This document shows, piece by piece, positions 30,639 through 43,750 of a stretch of 64,000 bases of DNA; position 1 is the first letter of the stretch, and each line of letters begins with the position of its first letter. The position numbers and the translations under genes are program-made. The stretch is from Eledone cirrhosa. Lineage: Eukaryota. A model generated the notes under the pieces. The model ran no database searches. It was not told the DNA's origin and saw nothing but the letters and a program-made list of their open reading frames with translations. The stretch lies in assembly GCA_964016885.1 (NCBI GenBank), contig OZ024758.1, positions 21,576,001 through 21,640,000 on the forward strand, written 5' to 3'.

Positions 30639-31287
30639 AGGTGATTCAGTAGATTATATGCTAAGGCGAGGTTATCTTTGATTTCATCCTTACAGGGTCG
30701 ATAAAATAAAGTACCAGTAATACAATGAGGTAATTGCTGACCTTATGCCAAATGTAGAAACAATTATTATGATTATTATAACTCTACAATCCTAACCTAG
30801 AATACTATAAAAGCCATTAAACAACAGGGCACAATTAACACACTCCCCCTCCTTATATATCTCGGAACCGAACTGTAGAAACATCCACAACAGTTTTCCA
30901 ATTTCAAGGACCACAAACCAATGATAAATGTAAATCTTCTCCCTTGTAGATCAACATAGATAAAGGACATCTAAGTAAATATAGACTACATAGGTTCACT
31001 TTGATGTTGAGAAGTTGTTACTTATTTATGAAAACTTGAAAGGTGATCCGCTGCTTGCAAGGCATACCCAATAAGCAGATATATAGATACAATTACATAT
31101 GTATATATGTATACATATGTATATATATATATATATGTATGGAGGGGGGTATTCCATCTCACCCTCTTTCTATATAATCTTTTATAACTTATCTCTGTCT
31201 TCTGAAGAAAACCTGTGCCCACAACGCAATGTATCTTTCCGTATTATTTGTTTTGTTGCTTCCCTTTAACTTTCGCATACATATATA

Positions 31288-31321
<34 letters not shown>

Positions 31322-31368
31322 TATATATTTTTTTTTTTTTGTTCCTCATAATCGTCTATTTCTCCCTG

Positions 31369-31409
<41 letters not shown>

Positions 31410-31410
<1 letters not shown>

Positions 31411-32160
31411 GGAGGTGAGTTTTATTGTAGCACAATAAAGCAATGCCTTCTTTGCCTTCTGCGCTCATTTTTAAACAAACTATTTACGCACACATATTAC
31501 ATTACATAAAACAAACTTAAACCCTAACTAATTCCTCTAAATTCATAACTCATTCATTGTTCTACTTCTTTTCACATTATATCCTTAATAGCATTAATAT
31601 TTTTATTTTATTAATACATATTAATAATTTCTTTTCCTCGCACATATTATTAAACCCTTCAATATACAAACCTTAATTTAATATTATTCTTAATCCCTTT
31701 TTCTCTTCGTGCATAAACCTCATTAACTTTTAATTTCAAATTCTTTTAAATTATCTATTATCGTCCAACGGCTTTTTAACTTCTCTCTGTGAGACAATAT
31801 ATTTTTTTTTCTCAGTTGATAACGGCTATCTCTCTCTCTCTATCACCCATCTCTCCTCCTCTCTCATCCTTCCTTCTTATACTCCTCCCCCACCATTCTT
31901 TACTATCATCTCCTCCTCTTCCTTACCTTTTCCACCACCAACCCCTCACTTTTTCTCAATCTCATACATCAATCTTAAATTATTTTTCATATGTTGATTT
32001 AAAACTTCACTATTCACAAGTGTTTTTTAAGCTTCATATCATGTATCCCTATTTTATCTGATGAAAACGCAGATATCATCCCATGATGATATTTGTTTTT
32101 GAAATGCGCATAATAAAATACTTGGAACTCTTTTAACCATCTTTTGATCTTATATTATAT
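31410..32160 (+). mobile_element. Second PLE 3' remnant: decayed GIY-YIG end, pyrimidine-rich 3' region, pLTR with HHR
   Basis: YCSTIKQCLLCL resembles the [12 protein letters not shown] end of the 8941 ORF. Same overall layout; TA-flanked. Confidence 0.6.
32050..32120 (+). ncRNA. Minimal type I hammerhead ribozyme, canonical core
   Basis: TATTTTAT-CTGATGA-AAACGCAGATATCATC-ccat-GATGATATTTGTTTTT-GAAA-TGCGCA-TA-ATAAAATA. 8-bp stem I, long stem II, palindromic loop 3. Confidence 0.85.
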
Positions 32161-32168
32161 AGATATAG

Positions 32169-32345
32169 GGCAGTATCGGTAGAGGGTCGGACGCCATGCT
32201 TTCCAGCATAGTTACGTCCCTTTACGATCTGAGTTCAAATCCCGCCGAGGTAGACTTTGCCTTTCATCCTTACGGGGTCGATAAAATATAGTACCAGTAA
32301 TGCACTGGGTAATTGCTGGCCTTGTGCCTAAAGTAGAAACAATAT
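32169..32345 (+). mobile_element. SINE family A
   Basis: Consensus match. Confidence 0.85.
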
Positions 32346-32589
32346 TATATATATATATATATATATACAGATATATATACAGAGAGAGAGATTTATGTGT
32401 ATGAATATATATAAAACTACATGCATATGTTTGTAAATGTGTAAGTATATATATATATATATGTATATGTGCGTGTGTATAATTGCAACGAAACACGTGT
32501 CAGAATTATTAATAAATGAAATATTGAATATCAATCTCTCAGCCTCGATAATTTTTCCACAATCTCTTATCAAAATATATATATATAAA

Positions 32590-32854
32590 TGAAGTTTTTC
32601 CGTAAGAAAGGTAAAGGAAAAGAGTGTTCTATGTAGGCTACAGACCTTTTTAGTTATGTAATAAACAACAAAAGATAATTAATTAATTTACCAGTGGTTT
32701 CTTGAGGACATATATTCATATCTGTCTTCAGTCGTCAGAAAGAAAAATATGGAAGTATATTATTCTTTCTGACGACTGAAAACATATAAATATATGTCAA
32801 CAAGAAACCACTGGTAAATTAATTAATTATCTTATGTTGTTTATTATATAACTA
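32590..32854. mobile_element. Palindromic PLE pLTR insertion with HHR-like core
   Basis: Arms about 32651-32745 and 32762-32854; CTGACGA-stem-GAAA-CCACTGG-TA at about 32769-32816. Confidence 0.7.
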
Positions 32855-32876
32855 TATATATATATATATATACACA

Positions 32877-33383
32877 GAGATATCCACGGTAAGTTGTGGG
32901 GTCTATTCTGAATGAAGAACTCAATGTAATCCATATGTTGAAAGTGTTGTAGGTTAAGATAAATCCCGGAAAACAATAACACATTAAAAGGCAAACAGAG
33001 TCATGATATAAGTTAAAACAATGAAATAAAAAATCAAGTCATTAGAGATATACTTCACTGCTTTACGATCGTTTCTAGATGATGATAATACATTGTAGCT
33101 ATACCTCTATATTGATATATGTAAGATTAGTTACAAAATATCAGATAAAGAAAATATTTACTTACATGCATATCACCAGCTGTTTTCAAAAGCAATCATT
33201 GCTTTTGAAAACAGCTGGTGATATGCATGTAAGTAAATATTCTCTTTATCTGATAATTTGTAACTATCCTTACATAGATCAATTACTGGCTATAGCTACA
33301 ATGTATTATCATCATCTAGAAACGATCGTAAAGCAGTGAAGTATATCTCTAATGACTTGAAGTTTTATTTCATTGTTTTAACT

Positions 33384-33387
<4 letters not shown>
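32877..33387. mobile_element. Long palindrome (about 190-bp arms, 1-nt loop) with left tail, PLE-like
   Basis: Centre ...AAAAGCAAT-C-ATTGCTTTT... at 33197; HHR 3' half GAAA-CGATCG-TA. Confidence 0.75.
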
Positions 33388-33425
<38 letters not shown>

Positions 33426-33860
33426 GGTTTATTAACTGTTGTGGAACTACCTTCTATATATATATATATAAACTTGTGTGTGTCTTTTTATTTGTTCATA
33501 TGGGTTTGTATGTATATATACTATGTCAATAATTCGTTCTACATTCCTAAGTCTTTATATATTTAGATACATATATCATATCATTATCCTATGCTAAAAG
33601 CTTATGAATAAATAAAACGTGCAAGCAGAGAAACAGTATAAATAATAAAATATATCACATATGTATAAATCAGAAAGTGACATCTAGTTTTACATATTTT
33701 AGATCTTAAGATAGCGATCAATACATTATTGACTTTTTTCAGAGACTGAATTGAACAGTATCATCTTTTGAGTCTCTCGTAAAAGGAGAATTAAAATTTC
33801 ACCAATGTATTTGCACATCAAATTTATTTTTGATTTTTTTAATAAAATACGTGCACACAT

Positions 33861-33919
<59 letters not shown>

Positions 33920-33920
33920 T

Positions 33921-34193
33921 ATCGTCGAAACGGATTGAGCTCTGCCGTCGGGATCATACTTTTTCCTATTTCCCACTCTACTACCCTAAGTATTGAGTAC
34001 TCTGGTCAGGACCCCCATGGCTGAATTACGGCCATTTTGACAGCCAGATCCAGACATGAGCTCCGATCTAGCTGTCGAAACGGACGGAGCTCAGCTGTCG
34101 CAGTCCTCACTCTTTTTATATTACCCACTCTACTACACTAAGTATCGAGTACTCTGGTGCGTTATGGTCCACCTAGTATCTTACCACATCTTC

Positions 34194-34198
<5 letters not shown>
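33921..34198 (+). mobile_element. Rearranged pLTR fragments of the 8843-10870 PLE family
   Basis: GTCGAAACGGA...GAGCTC...ACCCACTCTACTAC...GAGTACTCTGGT occurs twice. Confidence 0.8.
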
Positions 34199-34238
<40 letters not shown>

Positions 34239-34241
<3 letters not shown>

Positions 34242-34406
34242 TTGCAAGGTTTTTGATATGAAATCGTCTGTCGAAACAAATATTATTATACTTGGGGAGA
34301 GTCATATTGTTGTAATATTGTCAGAAACCAACCCACACCAAGCAGTGAGTGCCTTCTGTTATTATTTCTGACAATATTATAACAATATGACCCTCCCCAA
34401 GTATAA

Positions 34407-34411
<5 letters not shown>
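34239..34411. mobile_element. Palindromic insertion homologous to 3226-3467
   Basis: Arms about 34286-34328 and 34365-34407; TA-flanked. Confidence 0.65.
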
Positions 34412-34449
<38 letters not shown>

Positions 34450-35234
34450 CGTCCGAAACTATATCAAGCTTTAACCTAATATATCCCTTCCATATACTGT
34501 ACCGATTGTGTTTTTATTTCTGTTTACCTTCTACATACATTTATATTTGGTATTCAACATCTTCCGAAGAAGACGGTCTCAACGAACCTATGTATGATAG
34601 TGTATATATATATATATATATATACTCGCTACAGACACACATACACAATCTGATTTATGATTTCATGTTATTTGGTTCAATATGTGTTTCCGTAACTTCC
34701 ATACTTAACAACATAACACCTATCATTTCTTGTTCTGTACACCATCTTTGATAGTTATATTTGTCTTCCTTCATCACCTTGTTGTTAGCAATTCTATTTC
34801 GTTTCACTTTCTTTCATTTCACACCTCATTCGTCAATCCTATGTGAAGTTTTCATCTTCATCTACGCTTTAGTTACGATATAATTGAAACTTGTTTTGTC
34901 CAAATTTTTTTTTTCACGTTTCTTCTTGTCGATCTATCTTAAAGATTGTATTATCTTGATGATGCCGTGGGCGTTGTGACCGTTTATTTTCTTCTTCCTT
35001 CTTCTCTATATTAAAGTTATTGTTACGGGTGTTGCATTTGTAGTTGATGTTCCAATGTTGAATTTTCCAATCATTCAAAATCGCTTTATCTTCGCTGCAA
35101 TTCATTATTTGAGAGCGAGTCTTCTTTGACGTGTTGGTGATATAATTGGCATAAAATTCCGCGGAGTAATATCTGCTGTCAAGGATAATACCGAAGAGAC
35201 CTTTCTTACATCGCTGTGCCATCTACTGAGTGCA

Positions 35235-35313
35235 ATCTATATGTAAATATATATATATATAAATATATATATGAGTGCATATATTTATATATGTATATAC
35301 ATATATGTGTGTG

Positions 35314-35378
<65 letters not shown>

Positions 35379-35771
35379 GTATGAGTGTATATATTTATAT
35401 ATGTATATAGATATATATAGATGTAAGTATGTATATACATATATATATATATATATGTATGTATATAAATATATATATGTATATATATATAGATGTATGT
35501 ATATGTATGTATATAAATATATATATGTATATATATAGATGTATGTATATGTATGTATATAAATATATATATGTATATATATAGATGTATGTATATGTAT
35601 GTATATAAATATATATATGTATATATATATAGATGTATGTATATACATATATATATATGTATGTATATATATATGTATGTATATATATGTATATATATAT
35701 GTATGTATATAAATATATATATGTATATATATATAGATGTATGTATATACATATATATATATATATGTATG

Positions 35772-35802
<31 letters not shown>

Positions 35803-35817
35803 TTATTATATATTTAT

Positions 35818-35851
<34 letters not shown>

Positions 35852-35885
35852 TATTATTACTATATATATATATATATATATATTA
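35235..35885. repeat. TA/TATG compound microsatellite
   Basis: Directly visible. Confidence 0.95.
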
Positions 35886-35926
35886 ATTCAAAATATTAAC
35901 AAAATAGATATTCTTGTGATCAATTA

Positions 35927-35993
35927 TATTTTATTATACATATTTTAGAGGTACTGAGTTAAGTTCAACAGTACGTCCTCATCAGATAAAATA
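35927..35993 (-). ncRNA. Hammerhead ribozyme, decayed (GAAA changed to AAAA)
   Basis: Minus strand: TATTTTAT-CTGATGA-GGACGTACTG...CAGTACCTCT-AAAA-TATGTA-TA-ATAAAATA. Same stem I as 32050. Confidence 0.65.
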
Positions 35994-36093
35994 AGATGAT
36001 GCATGACATAACCTGACATAGTAGAGGCTTAAGATTCAGTCACATGGTAGTGACATCATTCTTTGATGTATTCATTTAACCTTGTTTAACTTT

Positions 36094-36136
<43 letters not shown>

Positions 36137-36168
36137 GTGTGTGTATGAATATATATATGAATATATAC

Positions 36169-36208
<40 letters not shown>

Positions 36209-36577
36209 GTTCACAATTATAATCAATTTAACTGAAAAGCTATGCAAGATGTTATCACGTATTGGATATTCTTGCACTTATATAGATTATTCTATTGAGT
36301 TCAGGTTTACATGTCTATACCATGAGGATCTTCAAACGTGTGAATATGCGCCTTCTACTTGCGATAAGATATTTTATCCTCTCGGTTAATTAGGGCTGCG
36401 TTGCTGCGAAGTAGCGGTTGATAGATTTGTATTAGTTGCTGCTGTCGTTGTTATTGCTGTTGTTATTGTTGTTGAACCACATATCACACCTGGATGAAGA
36501 GACATATGTCGAATGTCATTCCAGCCATGATAACACCGAGTTATCAATATATATATATATATATATATAGTAATAAT

Positions 36578-36765
36578 AATTGTTTCTACTTTTGGCACAA
36601 GGCCAGCAATTATTTCAGTGCACTACTGGTACTTTATTTTATCGACCCCGTAAGGATGAAAGACAAAGTTAACCTCGGCGGGATTTGAACGCAGAAAGGC
36701 AAGGGCTGTAACTCTATGCGTGAAAGCATGGCGTCCGACCGCCAACCGATGCTGCCAATCCACCG
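36578..36765 (-). mobile_element. SINE family A
   Basis: Consensus match. Confidence 0.85.
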
Positions 36766-36788
36766 ACAGTGATTATAATAATGATGCT

Positions 36789-36794
<6 letters not shown>

Positions 36795-36844
<50 letters not shown>

Positions 36845-37135
36845 TATATAAAATATATATATATATATATAAAATATATATATAAAATATATATATAAAA
36901 TATATATATAAAATATATATATATAAAATATATATATAAAATATATATATAAAATATATATATATAAAATATATATATAAAATATATATATAAAATATAT
37001 ATATAAAATATATATATATAAAATATATATATAAAATATATATATAAAATATATATATATAAAATATATATATAAAATATATATATAAAATATATATATA
37101 AAATATATATATAAAATATATATATATATATATGT
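36795..37135. repeat. (TA)n with periodic AAAA interruptions
   Basis: Directly visible. Confidence 0.95.
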
Positions 37136-37267
37136 GTGTGTGTGAAAAACCACACACCCTCCATCTCAACTCTACTTTTGAAAAGAACTGCGAAACCGGT
37201 AAAGGAACCAAATTAACGGGATCTTATCGAGCCCTCTTTGGATTTTAGTCTTCAAATTTATTATTAT

Positions 37268-37302
<35 letters not shown>

Positions 37303-37303
<1 letters not shown>

Positions 37304-38250
37304 TAGCAGCAGTACCCAGCGTTGCCTGGGTAGGTAAAATTTTATCCGCTTTGATTAAAAGGTGTTGATCTTGGCGACTGCGAGTTTCTTGAAAATCGTT
37401 CGTAATATGTAGCAAATGGCGAAATGTTGAGTGAAATCGTATGGAATAGGTGGGAGGTGGAAAAAATCTTATTTTGAAGAGTTAAACGGCTGCCACGCCG
37501 TCCCTGAACAAAAAAGGCAAAGTGTAAAAAGCTACTATAAGATGTCCAATAATAGGTTCAGTCGTAGTATAAAAGTTGAACCATATAAATTGAGTTATGT
37601 GTGAGGTGGAGCCGAAGTTTCGAATTTGAACGAAATCGGTTGAGAAATGTGGGAGCCAGAGCCGAAAAGGCAGAAATTTGAGAGAAAATGTAGTATTTTC
37701 GAATATTTAAGTGGCTGCCACGCCGTTTCTGAACAAAAAATCCAAAATGTAAAGCCACTTTAAGACGTGAAATAATCAGATCTAGCGTAATCTAAAATTT
37801 GAACGAAGAAGGTTGATTAATCTGGAAGCTAGAGCCGAAAAGTGAAAATTTGAGTCTAAAAGTGGTATTTTTGAATATTTAAGCAGCTGCCACGCCGTCC
37901 CTGAACAACAAATGCAAAATATAAATGATGTGCAAAATATAAATGATGTGCAAAATATAAATGATGTGCAATGATAAATTCTAATTTGCTTTAAAATTTG
38001 AACGAAATGGGTGGCAAAATGTGGGAGCTAGAGCCAAAAATCTTATTTTTAGATACCTAAAAAAAAGGTGCCCCCCTCCCCTATCGATTTTTATCTGCAG
38101 AATGACCCTGGAATAAAAAAAAACGATACGCTGATATATAGAAAACACTCCCCGATGACTAATCTATGAGTCTGTAATGTTTTATGAAAATCGGTCGTAA
38201 GATGTAGGCCCCTATAGATAATACACAGACACACACACATACTTAATTTT
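37303..38250 (-). mobile_element. Non-autonomous Helitron with internal about 200-bp repeats
   Basis: A|CTAG...ACCCAGCGTTGCCTGGGT hairpin end; three GCTGCCACGCCGT...CTGAACAA units; (CA)n at the other end. Confidence 0.65.
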
Positions 38251-38344
38251 ATTTTCAACCTAAAAATGTTTCTATATTTTCAACCTAAAAATATATATAT
38301 ATATATTTTCAACATAAAAACTTTCCGGACTTTCGCAGTTATCT

Positions 38345-38582
38345 TACACCTCTCGCACGCAGTCTAGTATTGCCTGTGTGAAGTGACCGAGTTTCTGCGC
38401 CTGCGCGATCGTACGGTTGTCCTTTCCGTTCCTATAACCATGCACATCCCGAGCTGAAGATCCACTAAGGTGAAGCAATTGTTCTCGGTATGGTAAACTA
38501 ACTGTTGTGTAACCACTTCTACCTACCTCGTCCCTTGGACTGAGTGCTCTACCACTACGGATATTACCTTCCAGTGTTCCAC

Positions 38583-38588
<6 letters not shown>
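38345..38588 (+). mobile_element. PLE pLTR fragment (family D) with HHR at 38449-38488
   Basis: CCGAG-CTGAAGA-TCCACTAAGGT-GAAG-CAATTG-TT-CTCGG. Homologous to 47145-47283 and ends at (TA)n. Confidence 0.75.
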
Positions 38589-38616
<28 letters not shown>

Positions 38617-39308
38617 AACATATGAAACAATCACAGGGGATAATTTGTAAAGTGTGTAAGCACACACAGCTAGGTAGGTGACTAATTAAAGTTTAACTAG
38701 AACTTAATCTCCTTTGTATATATTCTGCAGTGGATATGGCGCATGTCTCTCAGACATGATACCCTTAATTTAATTTTGGATATTTATATATATATATATC
38801 GTATTATAAACAATGCAATTATTAATAAGTAGAGTTGAAATTAATGCCTGCAAGATTTGACAACTCTAGCACCACTCAGCGGGATTTGAACTCAGAATAT
38901 AAAGTTACGTAATTATATACCACAAAGCATGTTGTCCGGCTCTCCACCGTTTCAGCCAATCAACCGCTCTTAAGGAATTAAATCAAAAATAGAATTTACC
39001 CACACATTTCTATGTCCATTAAATGTTATGTTTTCGTGAAAACAGACTTGTCATTCATTTATTTGTCACAGGATCTGACATATTTTAAAAGGAATATAAA
39101 TATATTTGGCTATGTTATTATTTATTTGGACATTTTAATGTTGACTTCGTTTCTAATGTGTGTATTTATATATATATATATATATATATGCATACATATA
39201 CTCGTGTATATATATATGCATACATATACTCGTGTGTGTATATATATATATATATATATGCATACATATACTCGTGTGTATAAATATGTATGCATACATA
39301 CATATACT

Positions 39309-39367
<59 letters not shown>

Positions 39368-39469
39368 TGTGTGTGTGTGTATATATATGCATATAAATAT
39401 GTATGCATTACATATACTGGAGTATATATATATATATTTTTTTTTTAAGTATACATATACTCGTAAATA

Positions 39470-39504
<35 letters not shown>

Positions 39505-40539
39505 AAGCGTTCAATGACGAGAGTATGACATTCGTTTTATTTCTCATGTCCCTCTGTATTTCTTTAACATTACATTATAGTTATTTTTTGTAGATAACGT
39601 GTTATATAGACGTATTAAATCACTTTACATTATTCGAAACCCACGTGCTTTATGATATTTGCATATAAATATTAAACATATATCTACTATTAAATTCAAA
39701 TTTGATGCTTTGAATCGCAATATCTATATTTATGTATTTGCATTTTTCTGATTTTACTCTAATATTTCTACTTGCTACGAATATTTTGCAATAATTTATT
39801 TGTTTAAATTATAGTCTTGCTAGCCATAAATATTATTTGCACGAAACACGAGAAATATTAGAATTATCCTAAACATTTATGAGAGAAATAAACAGTAAAA
39901 AAAGCAGCTGGTATGCTACAGCTACATATTTGTTTAAGTTATATTACTAAATAAAACTGACAAAGGCTTTCGATAAATATATATATATATATGTATATAT
40001 TACCTTTCGGAAGGTCAACATTTAAATATTTTTCCATCATTCTTAAACAACAGAATCCAATATAGGGATTCACTAGAAGTATTGCAGTAACAACAGAAAG
40101 AGATGAGATGCATTTTCATTCAACTCGTGAGCGTATAAGTTTACTCGTTTGTATCCAAATATATCTTTAAGTCCGCAATACCAAATATAGGCAACATACC
40201 AAGACACTGGTGCATCCTATTCAATCTTAGCTTTTCACTGAATCCACAGTAGAAAACACCAGTAATCCCATTGATATTAGTGAGGACAAGTACGACTTCT
40301 TTTTACTTCGTCTGTCTCAACCCCGTGGCAGACCTACCAACCTCTAAGAACCCAAACGAAGAACCATGAAAAATAGTGCTCCAAAATGGTGAGAAATGAG
40401 GCAAAATGGGGAGATTTTTCATGATGAAAGCTATACCAATTTTCATAAGAAAAACCATCTCTTATCCACCCCAAAGTGAGTAGGAGATCACCCTATCAGA
40501 CTGGGAGAGTTGACAGGTCTACCGTGGGCTTATTAGGAC

Positions 40540-40772
40540 GGTGCTTATCCCCAGTGCCTTTGGTGCTAAGCGACTGAGAGTAGAAGACTCTACCCCGGGA
40601 CAGGGATTAATTTTCCAGCGGCAGCTGTTACTTATCTCGGTTGAGTGTACTAGAGCAATGTGAAATCAAATGTATTGCGCAAGAACACAACACAACAGCC
40701 TTTCCAGGAATCGAACCGACGGCATAACGATCCTATGTCAAGCACCTTAACCATTAGGTCATGCGCCTGCAC
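40540..40772 (-). mobile_element. SINE family B
   Basis: Homologous to 1155-1422. Confidence 0.75.
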
Positions 40773-40841
40773 AGGTACGACGGAGCTTACGTCTATAAGT
40801 TGAATTTCTCCTATATCATAGATACATTATTTAAACAAACA

Positions 40842-41435
40842 GCGGTGAATTGGCAGTATCGGTAGAGGGTCGGACGACATGCTTTTCAGCAAAGAGTTAC
40901 TTCCCTTTACGAAGTGAGTTCAAATGCCGCCACGGTTAACTTTGCCTTTCATCCTTACGGGGTCGATAAAATACTGGATTTGCTGGCCTTGTGCTAAATG
41001 TAGAAACAATTATTAAAACAAATATTCAAACTTTAGATGCAGGGTTATTCTGAGATAGGATCTTTCAATCTGGAACCACGTACACGGCCCTAAGTTAAAT
41101 GGATATAAGAAATATTTAAACAGCACTTCCAAGTAGTTAATTCCCTAGATTATAACCAATAAATACTTTTAAATCCGTGGTCAAGTTAACAGAGGTGTAT
41201 CTAATATGTCCTCTGATATTCTGCTTGTTATTATATTAACTAATGCGGTGGATTGGCAGTATCGGTAGGGGGTCCGACGCCATGCTTTCCAGCATAGTTA
41301 CGTCCCTTAACGATCTGAGTTCAAATCCCGCCGAGGTTGACTTTGCCTTTCATCCTTACGGGGTCGATAAAATAAAGTACCAGTAATGCACTGGATAATT
41401 GCTGGCCTTGTGCCAAAAGTAGAAACAATTATATT
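40842..41435 (+). mobile_element. Two SINE family A copies (40842-41015, 41245-41435)
   Basis: Consensus match. Confidence 0.85.
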
Positions 41436-41849
41436 AACTACTGCATTGTGAAAATGGGTTTAAATAAGAAACGATTTTTTAAACAATTTTTTTTACCTGA
41501 ATGTAAGAAGTAACAAATCAAACACAGAAAATCCAATATCACCTGACTTAACCCCTTTTCAATAATATTGTAAAATGAATTGAATTTTAACGAGACCTTA
41601 ATTAGCAATTAGTAAAATCATTTAACATTTAACCCTACAAATTGTTTGTCAGATGTAGGAAAATTCAGCAGTATAATAATAAATTTTGTGGGTCCTCAAA
41701 GAACAGACCCCAAGAAGCCGAATGCCATTCATCCATAGAGATATTCTTCTTAATGGAATATGTATAACAAAAGCAGTTCTCGATTAAACTATATCAAGCC
41801 TTACGAGAGATATAGTTTATTCATCTCCACACACGTCTAACTAATGTTT

Positions 41850-43180
41850 TGTTCAATATTTTTCTGCTTGAAATTTTCCCAGAACTTGTCATGCTCCTAA
41901 TTTCTAGATATCTAATGTTTTTGATGCGTCTGTTTGTGAATATTTGGATATTTCGAAGGATATATGTATTCATTCAGGAAATCCTGGCAATATATGCCTA
42001 CAGGTTTATAATTTTGTAATTTATAATTCTCAAAATAATACATCTGGATCTGTTTGAATCCTTAACTTCTTAACATCACACTTCATGTAAACGTGAAAGG
42101 ATTCCCTTTCCTTCAGGATGTTATCTTCCACCATCTTGAATTTTTATGGTCTCTGTCTTACCAACGCTAACTCTCTATTACGTTTTCATAGTTAATTCTA
42201 TCTTCCTTTCTCATATTGTCAGGCGTCTGCTATGGTTGCGTTTTATCGGATCTTGCTTTTCCACTTACCGTATGCCTGCAGCTTTTGTTTGTGCAGATCC
42301 ATGCATCGCCCACAATTTTAAGTTCAATAGAATTCGACCATAGTTTAATGGCTAGCGATGTTACATAGCTTTTAAATGATATACATGTCTTCTAGTACTA
42401 TGATATTAATGAGTGGTCGATTTATACACACATATGTTCCTCTACACATTCCCATTTACATTTTTAATAAGATTTGTTCCAAGTACGATCTCAAATAGTA
42501 TAAATTAATTATTTTATAAATTGTTCCCGTACTTTCTAATACCTAGAATGACGTTCTTGTAAGATCCTTTTGTGGACTTGTTAAGATATTTCAGCTGGAA
42601 GCCTGACACCTTGATGTGGATAGTATTTTTCTTCATTTATTACCCCATTTCTACTCTTTAACATTCAGTATTTTTATTTTATGTTTTAGTTGCATCTTTT
42701 GTGATCTATGCTAATATTAATTCCACTTTTCTTTATGACTCACGATAGCATTGAAATTTGAATTAGTGTTTCTCCTTTTATGCTTACATTTTGATTATGC
42801 TTGTGACATTTTTAATATCGATACAGAATTTGATAGGTTTCTTTCAAATAACTCATATTTTGTTTTTAAAGAATTCTATTTTTACTAAAATGATATGTCG
42901 TAGCGATGTCATGTCATAATCTTTTTCTTTCTCTATTTCTTTCTTTGTTTATTTAAAATTATATGTAATAAATATTAGCCTGGTTCCTGGATGTGCCATA
43001 GAGGTTCTTTGTTTATTCAGCCATAATTAATATATTCTTACTCTTTCTCTCTATCTTACTGTGAGTCCGTTTTTATATTCTTGGTATATGTTAGGTCATG
43101 TTCGTTTCTTTCCCAAGCAGCCCAATATTTCTTTAATACTGTTATTATGTTTGTTTCTGAAATATGTCCTCATCCTTTGT
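41850..43180 (-). mobile_element. Possible old decayed LINE (RTE-like)
   Basis: Strand-biased A-rich minus strand with faint RHIL..IS and KYG motifs. Confidence 0.3.
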
Positions 43181-43194
43181 TCTAACTGACAAAT

Positions 43195-43750
43195 ATCCAG
43201 TGGGTCCTGTCAGAAGCAACCGTCTCCAATTAATCCGATTAGATCCCCAAGCATGGCCAGCCATGCTCATGGATGTAATCGAATCATCTTGCTCGGAGTC
43301 TACCCCTGGGTCTCTTCTTGCCGGTTGGTTTTACGCGTAAAATATGTCCAGCGATTCTTTCCTGAAACATTCTAACCCCATGCCAATAGTATCAGAGCTG
43401 TGATCTCTCAATTCGGAGAAGTAGCGGCTCTATCTGGAGTGATTCCAGCGATTCTTTCCTGGAACATTCTAACCACAAGCCCATAGTATCAGAAAAGAAG
43501 TGGCTCTACACGGAGTGACACACCAGTGATCTTTCCTGAGACATTCTAATCACATGCCCATATTATCGGAGCTGTGATCTCTCAATTCGGAGGAGTAGCA
43601 CCTCTACCTGGTGTGACTCTCCAGTAATTCTTTCCTAAGACATTCTAGCCACATACCCATAGTATCAGAGCTGTGACATCTCAATTCGGAGAAGTAGCGC
43701 CTCTAGCTTGAGTAACTCCAGTGATTCTTTCCTCAGACATTCTAATCCAT
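43195..43750 (-). mobile_element. RTE LINE 3' end with an about 95-bp segment tandemly repeated about 4.5 times
   Basis: The unit translates to LRIERSQL*YYGHVxRMSQER. Homologous single copy at 54265-54515. Confidence 0.75.

Noticed and set aside
34914-35222. 102-aa non-repetitive ORF as a possible host exon
   Set aside because: No recognisable domain or convincing splice context; it cannot be supported without a homology search.
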